DNA of 64,000 bases, from contig CM022669.1 of NCBI GenBank assembly GCA_012295275.1, forward strand, positions 186,001-250,000, read 5' to 3'. The position numbers were made by a program, and so were the translations under genes. The notes below the pieces were generated by a model. That model searched no databases and was not told the DNA's origin. It saw only the letters and a list, made by a program, of their open reading frames with translations. This document shows positions 53,044 to 64,000 of the stretch, one piece after another. Source of the DNA: Chrysomallon squamiferum. Taxonomy: Eukaryota > Animalia > Mollusca. Within the stretch, counting starts at the first letter, position 1, and each line of letters begins with the position of its first letter.

Positions 53044-55839
53044 GGGTCATTCCGTTTCAAATCGCCCAATGGTTTACACCCGACCATCTCAGATTTTTAT
53101 GAAACTTGGTATACTTGTTGACTGGGATCCCACAGCACCAAAATCTGAAATTTTAGCTCAATCAGACCAGTGGTGTGGGAGATACAGCCAACCGAATTTT
53201 GAGATTTTTGCCAAAAATGGGTGTTACCACCAACCTTAGAACCCTCATATCTCAGGAACTACTGGGCCAATCTTCATAAAATTGGTATTGTTAGAAAGGC
53301 AAAATGACAAGGATTCCAAATATTGGAGTACCTTGACCTTTTGACCTTTGATATGACCTTGAAACTGACCGTGTGGCTCACGTGATCTTGAGATGACCTT
53401 TATTGAAATTTAATCTCACGCATGTTAACTAAAACATATAAAAGTTTCCTGGGTGTAATATTTTTGGTTTAGCCACAATATAGATTTAAAAAATGCACAT
53501 ACATGAAAATAACACCTTTTCACCCATTAACATCTGATTAACTAAAACTTGAATGATCAATTCTGGATGCTAGGAATTACTATCTCTCTTGATCATCGAA
53601 TAAGACATTGTAGGCCTACATGTATGCATAAAGTTCACATGTAAAAGTTTCCTGGGTATAATATTTTTTGTTTAGCCATAATAGAGATTTAAAAAAATGC
53701 ATACCTGCATGGATGATTGATACAGTGCATTACAATGTACATTTTCTCTGAGACTAAAAACTCATCTTTGGAGTTAAAACCCACCTGACATGTCTGAAGG
53801 AATGCCTGAAGGATATGAAAAGATGCCAAATGGCATGACATGTTCTAGACAATCAGGCTCAAAGGGTTAACAGGAAGTGATGCTTCAGGCAGGTCAGGAA
53901 CTCCTTTAGATCCCCTGGTGCAATCCCCATTGAGCACATGGCAATTAGAAGTTTAAGACAAAGAAGTTTCTTCATCTGCATTTCTTTGACAATCTGAAGC
54001 TTTTTAAGTTGGACACAATGTCAGATGTTGATATATAAACAATATTTTTATTTCATAAAACCTATTAAGTAATTTTATCATGCATGTGGCCTTGCCATTG
54101 GTTTTGAACAAGGTTTCAGGCAACAACAGTACAACCCAGTCTGAAATCAGACGTCATCAAGTGATGTACTGCATAATGTATTTGTACACCCAGTCTTCGG
54201 CACAGAATATGAACAAGGTCTACTTCACCTTAATAAACTGTGATTTATACTTGAGAAGATTGACATAAATGCCCAAGACTTGTGGGCCTTTGGCAATAAC
54301 ACATGTACTCTGCTGCCATTTTATGACCTGCTTAACTTTACTGAAAAGGTTTCAGGATTTGATTTAATATTTAGGAAAGCACTGACTTTGTTCTATTGAA
54401 TTGAAGGTGCAGGCCAATACTGAAAATCCTTATTTCTTCCAGGGCTAACTGCAGCTTTAACTCTCCTGAAAATGTGTGTTATCAACACCATCATATCAAA
54501 AAGGAGTTGTTGTGAAGTGTATGGAAAACTAAGGAAGTCGAACTCCTCACTCTTTGAAGTGGGATCAAAACATGGGACATCAAGAGTATCATGAACAAGA
54601 ACTTTTCATCAAATTTTCAACATTGCAGAAAAACTGTTGTGATCCCCTTAATCGCCACCCTGAGCAAGCACGCACTAGATCTTTAAGAATTGTTAGCATG
54701 GACACTTACAAATGCTTAGTAAATCCTCCAAAGACACTAGTGCCAGGAGACAAGTTGTGCTGTGACTGTCTGATTACCCTTCAGAAATCAAAGGTCCTGC
54801 AGAGTATGGATGGTATTACAATGGGAGAATTTGGTGATAACTTGCCAGACAAACTGCTGGTTGTTGTTTCCCCAGAAAAGGACTTTGATTTGAATTCTAT
54901 TCTGTCGAGTTTAGGCGAAACTCCTGTCAAACTCCATTCTCTAGCACGTTCCAGTAAATGAATGAATGAAAGGACAGAAAAAAACTAGCATCAGCTACAG
55001 TAACATTAAAATGACATCTTAATGTCTGAATCCTACCCAGAGCGTGTGCAAATCTTGATTTTGTCACCCTTTACCACTGAAAGGACAATGAATTGAAGGA
55101 GGAAATAATCCAATTTTATGAAAGTGATGAGAACAGTAGAATGTGTCTGGGAATGAAGGATACAGTGAGCATTTGAAACAAACATTGTGAGAAGGTTAAG
55201 CATCAGAAACACCTAGTTCTCTCAAATTTATGTGAACTTTATGCATACATGTAGGCCTACAATGTCTTACTTGGTGATCAAGAAAGATGGTGATCCCTAG
55301 CATCCAGAATTGATCATTCAGATTTTAGTTAATTAGATGTTAATGGCTGAAAAGGTGTTATTTTCATGTATGTGCATTTTTTAAATCTATATTGTGGCTA
55401 AACCAAAAATATTACACCCAGGAAACTTTTATATGTTTTAGTTAACATGTGTGAGATTAAATTTCAATAAAGGTCATCTCAAGATCACGTGATCCACACA
55501 GTCAATTTCAAGGTCATAGCAAAGGTCAAAAGGTCAAGGTACTGCTATATTTTCCATACTAAACAAAAATGGCAGATTTGGAATCCTTGTCATTTTGCCT
55601 TTCTAACAATACCAATTTTATGAAGATTGGCCCAGTAGTTCCTGAGATATGAGGGTTCTGAGGTTGGTGGTCACACCCATTTTTGGCAAAAATCTCAAAA
55701 TTCGGTGGGCTGTATCTCCCACACCACTGGTCTGATTGGTGCTGTGGGATCCCAGTCAACAAGTATACCAAGTTTTATAAAAATCTGAGACGGTTGGGGT
55801 AATTTTTTTTGGGGGGGATGATTTGACATGGAATGACCC
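53044..55839 (+). mobile_element. Second copy of the Sola2-like element, in opposite orientation
   Basis: ATAT|GGGTCATTCCG ... TGGAATGACCC|ATAT; colinear reverse complement of 13794-16650; remnant ORF 54554-54961 (KNCCDPLNRH...LVPGDKLCCDC). Confidence 0.88.
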
Positions 55840-58800
55840 ATATATATATATATATGGTTAAACATGAATATTTGATGCTTTTAGTGTTTATGTACATAAA
55901 AAAGATTATAAAATACAGATATGAACATATGTGTATGACATGCTTTGACAGCGCATATATATATAAAATTACATATATTATTGTGTTATTTTTACATACT
56001 TTGTAGGCTGACATAATTAGGGATTACTTAGAGTTCAGTTCTATCTTGTTATGTAAGTAACATCATGTTCTTCATCAGTTGGTTTTAAATATTTATCAGT
56101 TTCTACATGTTAATAATTTATACCTGTCAGTGTATCTTAAATCTGTTCTGGATATTTTCTAAAAGATCTATATATCTTTTAAATTATTTGTTTGTTATTT
56201 TATTTATTGATTTATTGATTTATTTACTTTTATGTATTTATATTTTATTGCATTTTAAAATGTTTTCATTATTGCTGTCCAGTTTTAAAGAGAGAGGTTA
56301 AAAATATATGTACAACTCCATTTTCACATTCAGATGCATTTACTCTGCTTTCTCCTGACAGTGTCAGTTCAATTGTTAGTAGGTAAAATGGTATCATTTA
56401 AAGGTTTTAAAACAGTATTAGTTGATATTGTCATAATTTTTTTTTATTGATCAACTTAAATCACTGAAACCAAAAAAAATAATTCCTTATAAGGATAAAG
56501 AATATTGTTTGATTTTATAGTTTTTCATCAGAGGCTACATAAATATATTATGGAATTGGAATAATTCAAGAATATCTTTCATTATATAAAAACTGCAACA
56601 ACTATATTGGACAATTTTGCTATCACCATTAAAATAATTATAATTAAACATTACCAGTATATGTCTGCCTCATTCATTATAACACATTCAAATAATAATT
56701 TACATCTTTCATAAAAGTCGTCTTAACAAACGATGAAAGATACAAAAAAGCAGTGATATAAAATGTATATTGCTGCCATTTTTTAAGTTTAAAGTTGTCA
56801 GTAACTACTATCATCAGAAATGTACTGTTTTGCTTTTATTGACATTGGAACATAATCCATTCCACAGATATTTTTCTCAAAACAGACCACCAGCAGATTT
56901 TTCTCGGCATACTGACAGTAAATTAACTGACAGGATTAGTCAAAATATATGTATTTAATCTCCCATCTATATATGCAGTACAGAGTTAGATGTTAATATA
57001 ATTAAATTCAAAAATATTTAGCGTTTTTTAACACACTGATACAGATATATGTTTATATGTATGAAATAATGAATGCATAAATTATTACTAGCATAAATTT
57101 TACTTAATATATCTACATGTACAATAGTAAAGTTGAATTTTTCACAAATAATATAAATGAACCAAGCAGCAAATATCTCACTTATAAGTTATAGAAAATG
57201 AAAGTTCTGTAAATGTAGTCTAGTACAGAATCTATATAATGAAACTGCATACAGGTGAAATGAGTGACAACTAGAGAACTGTTATCATTATCTGTTGATT
57301 TCAGAAGATCAATGTTTTCCCCTGTTTATTGCTAATACTATTTAATTATCAGCTGTGAAACTGTACACTGTCAAGTCTTGTTGGAGAGTACATCTAGTTA
57401 GACTGATAAAGAACATGTCCAAATCTGACATGTATTTAAGTAGTTTTGTGCTAATCTATGACTTTATTCTGCGACGGACGCGCCCGCTGACCTGTCAGAA
57501 AGCGTGCCCGTCGCAGACGTGCTTCACAACAGCTTGCTCTGATTAGCACGTTAATTTTTTTCCTATTCCTATTCCTAATCTTTGACTGCCGTTGAGGCAA
57601 TAGCCATTGAAATGAGTGGTCATTAAACTGTATATTCTCAGCCTAACTTAATAATAACTAAATATTTTAATGCAAGATCATCATTTTCTGTTTCGATAAT
57701 GAGACATGTAATATCAATACTGAGCATATTTTACATCATTAGAGATGGTTTCAACATTTTAAGTTCAGTTCATGTTCAGTCTATGTTTCTGAAGCAAGAT
57801 AATTTTCACTGTTAATGTTAATGGTATATAACATCAAAACTGAAGGTAATTTTGTACTCTGACATGATTCCTTATAGTGTAAGTACCATTGTTAATATTG
57901 CATCATACACATTTCTTGGATGGTCACTTTATTTGCATGGTTATGATTTCTGTCAAATGTAAATTTATATATGAAAGCAGATATATAAAATGGTGGATTG
58001 GAGCAAGAAAACAAAAGTAATTTATTGCTCAGAATTTTTATTTTGCACTTTCTGAAAATTAACTCTTGAATTTGGATCAGTTAAGTTCTTCATCTGAAAC
58101 ACTGCAAAGTTTTATAGATTTTATCTAGTCTTACTGGCAAATAATGCAGTGAAATACAGAAAAAACTACAGTAACTTTTTAGGAAACATAACTCTATTTA
58201 CTGAAAATAATCAATTGTTTGGCAAAGTCTGGTTTGCAAGCTGATTACAGATAAAAAAAGCAAGTTATATCTGAAATGTATTAGATTTTAGGTAAATAGT
58301 GATTAAATCTACTCACTTACCTGAGGCTTTACTGTATTAACTTGGAAACTATTGACTTTCTACGTCATGCATGAAACAGTCGATTTAACAGAAGAACTGT
58401 CTGATTTTGTTTCCAAATGTTGTTAATCAGGCCATGCTACACCCACCAATTGTGAACCAAATATATCAACAAAACTAAGTCTGTATACATGTATATATTT
58501 ATATTGAACAATTTTGTTGATTTGGTTCCAAATTATGTCATTTTTTTTATTTTATTAAAAGAACAGAAATGAATATAAATAAAAATTTTACCTAGTATTA
58601 AAAATATATATAAGTTTTAAAAAATAAGATAACAAATTTTAAAAAAGCTAATAATGATTGTTACTGACCACACAGAAATATTAAGTACCAGTTATGGGAA
58701 GTAATAAAATCTCTTTATTATTTTTTTTTTTGGGGGAAAGTGAATTATGTTTAAAAGACTAGTACTGAGTTCTTTTTAAAAAAGATATTTTCGTATTTGT

Positions 58801-61712
58801 ATGAGAAGTACATAAGTGCCTGCTTTGCATGTCTGTGTACATTCTAGTTCTTATATATTTCATGAAAAATAGAATTAAGTATGCAGTAATATATATATCC
58901 CTATAAAAATTTTAATAAATTTATTCCTTAATAAACGACAAAGACCACTAGTGTAACACAGGGTTTTTTCAAATTTTATAAGTAGAATTGTTAAAAATGT
59001 ACAATCATGGAAGAGTTTGTTGTTGATTCATTTACAACTCAAAAACAAGTGACATTTGTCATGAGGTGAAGTGTATAATCTATGTAAATGATATTATGTG
59101 GAAAGGTTGGTACCTGTCAATGGAATCTTGTAATAATAAGATTATTGTCTAAAAGAAATTCAGAATGTGTGTTCAGTTAGTATATAATTTGTATTAGTTT
59201 TTACCACCATAAAGAGACTGGTTGTAACCTGTTAAAAGTACATGTAAAGAAATAACCGAATACATAATATAAACTAATAATAGTATACTTGTGTTACTTT
59301 TAAAACAAAGACTGAGTTAAAAAGAAATGGAATGAAGATTCTAATTTTCACAAAATTGTTTAATATTGACGATTTATTTAGCTGTCAAAACAAAAATAAT
59401 AATGTGCTTAATTTACCTTCAGAAAAGATAATTCTATGGTATAATGAAAAAAAATTACAAATATTTAACAAAAAAGAAAGAAAGAATATGCTATAGATTT
59501 AAGTGACAAAAAATAAATAAATAATGAAATAATAATGTTTTGATTTACTCTTCAGAAGACATGAATTAATTTTACAAAAGTATATAATTCTGTTATTTAA
59601 TATTATGTAGCAAAATTATATATAAAAAAAAAAATTAATAATAATAATAATAAAATAACTAAAACAGGAAGAAATATTTTCATATATTAATGACAGCGGC
59701 CTATGAAAATCAAAATGAATGGTGTTCACTGAAGTATTTATCAAACATTTTTATACTATCAAACTTTATCATCGTCAGCTTTTTGAATATTGACAGTGCA
59801 TGACATACTGATTCTAAATTAAAATATTTTAAATATTAAAATAGGTATTACATTGTGCTTTTGGATACAGTACCATTTGTGTGTGAAATTACTGGTTTCA
59901 TATTGCTAATAATAATATATATAATTCTTCTTTAATACATTTTTTGTCATTGGTCTGTTTTTATACTGAAAAGATAATACTAAAGGACTAGAATATATTG
60001 ATTTATTTTGTCATGAACTGTTGTATTTCAAACAATAAGAAATTCAGATATTTTGTCTTTTTCATTAAAACATAGGAGCTTTTGTGTGTACTTTTCCTGA
60101 GATAAAGCAGCATCTGCAATTAGCTTATTTCCTAGTTAATTAAACAGTTTTAACAGAAAATATTGTAAAATCTATTACAGTTACTGATTAAGAAGTATTA
60201 ATTTAATATTCTCACAACTGAAAATATTGTTAATTTTACATCAACTTATTATTGTACGTTAGTTAGCATTAAGTATTCGAGTAATAAATATCTTAATTTT
60301 GTTGATGATGATGATGATGAATGTAATGATGATAATCCTTGCTGAAGAAAATATTATTATTTCTGGTATTGTGCCTTTACAATGTCTTCTAATTTTATCA
60401 TCATCATTATACATTTAGATCATAATTTTAAATATTCATCAAACATTTTTTTTACCAAAAATTAGCAAATATCTGGAAACAATCAAATTCCTTTTTGTTT
60501 TATTTTTATTTATTATTTTTTATTCTAATTTTAATTTATTTAACTTTTTATTTCTTAATTATTTATAATTATTATGTTTTTATTTTACATCTTTGTATTA
60601 ATAGATTATGTTTATCATCTTCGTTTTCACTTTTCATATGTTGTTTTTGGGGGGATTTTTGTGATAAATTTTTAATCTTGTTAATTCCAATATACCTTTC
60701 AAGAAAAATTAATATCTTTAAAATTTAATAAATACACCACACTTCCCCAATACTGACTTATACATGAAATCAAAAATAAGCTTTAAATTCTTTATTGCCT
60801 GCTGTTTTATCATTTTTTAATTTTGCTTTTATTGTTTTGCATTTTAAGTTTGCCTTTCATATCAGAGCAGCAAGTGTGTGCAGTAAACTGGCATGTCTAG
60901 TAGTTAGATATTTTGAAACATCAAATTAACGATATGGTTTAACATTTGTAAAAACGAAGGGACAATTTGGTTGTAGCAGTAACAGAATTAGCAGAAGCAG
61001 GAGCAGCAATAGTGACACCATTAGTAGTCTGATTATTTTTATTTGTATTTGCTTCTGTTATTGGCATTGTTAGTAAAAACAAACAGTTGCAGTGTAAGTC
61101 ATAGCGTAGTAAAATTGTTACAGTAGTACTTTCATTGTTACTTTGTTAGTGATGTAGTTATAATACTAGAGTTATAATAGTATTGATGTAATTTTATTGT
61201 TGATATGATTATTGTTGTTATTATTAGTGACAGTAGTGGCTTTAGTCTTAAATGTAACAAAAGATATTCCAATCAGAAAGATTCATTTTATGAAATTAAT
61301 TTATGTTTGTTGCCAAATAATCAGGTAGGCCATTTCATCAGCTACCAAATACCACAAAATGATCTTTGTTTTACATTAATCACTGTGTTTATTAGCTAAC
61401 AAGAAAAAAATACTTTACAACAAAATCATCTGGAATGTCATTACATTTATTCCAGGAGTGCCGTGTAAGTCCACATTACAAGATTTTTACTGACTCTAAG
61501 ATAGGACAATAGAATTTGAATATACTGTTAAAGTTGGCAGCTATCACTTATATCAACTGAATGCTCTGATATTTAACATGATTTGCATTTCGCCTTAAAA
61601 ATAGTGGATTTGATTTGATTTTCTTTAATATTTAAGGCTCCTCTTAGTCAACGATAACGATTACTCACAGATATGGTTTAATACATTTAAAGACTTGTAA
61701 GTTCTGTCTGTA

Positions 61713-61749
61713 TTATTTTCATTTTTTATTTTCATTTTTTATTTTCATT

Positions 61750-61807
<58 letters not shown>

Positions 61808-61853
61808 TTTTTTTTTTTTTTTTTTTTTTATTTTTTTTTAATAATAATAATAA
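61713..61853. repeat. (ATTTTC-ATTTTT)n, (ATT)n, poly(T), (AAT)n low-complexity tract
   Basis: Direct reading. Confidence 0.9.
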
Positions 61854-64000
61854 TTAAAAAAAACATACTGAAAGTACGATGTATGGGTTGGAAAAGTGTT
61901 ATGAGCCTTGTCCGTGCATGCTTATGTCTACGTCAAAGTATTTCAAGAATATCCTAGATTCATGTTTAAATCTCTGGGACCTTCTACTGATTTAAACTGA
62001 TTTTATTAGTACCCGATTGTCCATATTTTATTACGGGTGATAATGCAGTGTTATTTATTGTGTGCGTGCCATGGATACATCAACAAAACATCTTACATAA
62101 TCAAATATTTATGTATTCAAATTAATATGATCTGCAGACGTGTCTAAATCGAGTCTAAAAGGAACTTAGTGAACCTGATGTTAGAGAAAGCAATTACTTG
62201 TGGGTTTTAGACCGCTGAACACACACATCCGGTTTGTTAAGGTGTTCGCCACTACCACAAGCAAGATCATTAATTGTTTATCCACCAGTATGACCTATCA
62301 GTCTTCTGGTATTCTAATTTTTATTAGTTTAAGCCATTCGGCTCAATGGCTTACAATCAATATTAAAAAAAGAACCATAAACAAGTGACAAAGTGGTACA
62401 AGTAATGAAGGATGACAATTATATATACTGAGAGCGAATGTTTAAGGCATTTTAGAGGTATTTTCCAATATTATACAATACTTTTCAGTTTTTTAGCTGA
62501 CAACAGCTACTCGAGACTAAATAAAAATGGTTTGTACCAGTAATATATTGGTAACAAAATGATATTCATCTTCCACAGCATTCATATTACACATTTGTCA
62601 TTTACGTTTCTATCTTTTAATATTATGATAGTTTTCAACCAGCAATGCCTGGGCAGAAACTCGAAACCTAGCAATGAGTATAGTAGAGGAGTCGGACAAA
62701 GACACTTAAAACCGACCACTACTTCAATAAATTCATTATTATAAACCCATAGTAAACGTATACTTGCATGTTGATCCTTCAAGTGTTAAAACTGAAGAGA
62801 GTAAGTGGAATAATATTAATAATGTAACCAGTGAGTTAATATCAGTATATATGCAATATCTTTAGAGAAACCAAACTTGCAAGGTTATCTTAAAATTTTA
62901 TTTTCATTTATAATTTTTTCATTCTTTAAATATATATATTATTTATTTGTTTTTATTATTATTATTACTTTTTATTCTTTTTTTTAATGGCTTTTATTTT
63001 AAATAATTAAATAAGCCCAAAGACCTCTTTTTTCAACGGGTTTTTTTGTGTTTTTTTTCTTCTAGAAAACGAAGTAGAAGACCTAACAGAATATACAAAA
63101 CATTGTTAAAAAGATGCCGTGTTCTCCAAAACTGTTTACAGTTCTAGGTACACCTACCTTTACAGTTATAGGTAAATGTTGCAATATTGGTAATAACTTT
63201 TGACCCCCACAGTCTGACAGCAAGAGACAGTGTCACTAATGCCTAATGACAATCCAACGAATTTTTACTACCAGCTTTAATTAATAGATACGACATCATA
63301 AACATCATGTCTTCGCTTTGAACTGTTTAACGTACTTTATAGATGGGTTTTTAATTGTACACGGTAATTAAATAATTACTCGATATTTCCGAGAATATTC
63401 AGATAATTATGTTTGATGAAGGGCTGCGTAGGCCAGGTTTCTTAATAAAATGTCAGTAATTAAAAGAAAATAAATTCTAAACAGAAATTCAGCTCCAGAA
63501 TTAAGAGCCTGTTTACAACAAAAATAAATACTACTGTTACTACTACTAATGCTACTATTATTACTACAAATAATAATAATAAATTAAAAAATGAATGAAT
63601 GAATGAATTAAAAGCTATATAACCAACAATAAACATAAATATGCTCTTTCCTTAATTTACCTGAACAGGAAGAACCTGGTCTGACGCTGTTAAAAAGAGT
63701 TCAAATCCTGGTCTAGCTATTAATCTGTCCTGTCAGTATAATCACCTGTTACACACAAAGTATATCTTACATCTACTGATTATTTCTATCATCTAAAAAA
63801 TGTTTTAATTCGTTACCAAAAAGTGAGACCAAAATACGTAGCCTGAAGTAAGAAATAAAAAAGATATTTATTATCCGCGCCGCAGTGAAAAGATGCACGA
63901 AATCTGCCTTGGTAGCATTAGTTTTCTGAACAAATAAAAATACACTTCATTTGACTTAGACAAAGGAAGGACTAGTATAATATAGATTTTCTTTTCAGTT

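Noticed and set aside
57458-57543. SECIS interpretation of the GC hairpin (ATGA...AAA...GA)
   Set aside because: Spacing from ATGA to the AAA loop is far longer than the 11-13 bp SECIS helix II, and no in-frame TGA selenoprotein lies upstream. A hammerhead core (CUGANGA) is also absent.

Overview
AT-rich, intron-rich animal genomic DNA (invertebrate; a mollusc/lophotrochozoan is my inference). No prokaryotic features such as CRISPR arrays, rRNA or tRNA were seen. I assembled the genes by hand from splice sites and reading frames. In order: the 3' part of a CIB2/CIB3-type EF-hand gene (+, 233-2870); an orphan 443-aa membrane-protein ORF with internal repeats (+, 7325-8656); an uncharacterised 488-aa ORF (-, 10928-12394) head-to-head with KATNAL2 (+, 13276-27515); an ANKRA2/RFXANK-family ankyrin gene (-, 31004-34511); and a TAF1C-like Pol I SL1 subunit (+, 41264-51592). 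The TAF1C-like gene has a clear U12-type minor intron, an unresolved 1-nt frame break two exons later, and a 4xCxxC exon. DNA transposons are abundant: two near-identical, oppositely oriented ~2.8-kb Sola2-like elements with ~600-bp TIRs, a smaller Sola-like element, two DD41D (rosa/Visitor) Tc1/mariner derivatives, Tigger/pogo elements, a hAT MITE and a NOF-like remnant. The last ~8 kb has no recognisable CDS but holds one isolated GC-rich nested hairpin (57448-57549). All homology calls come from remembered motifs, not database searches.
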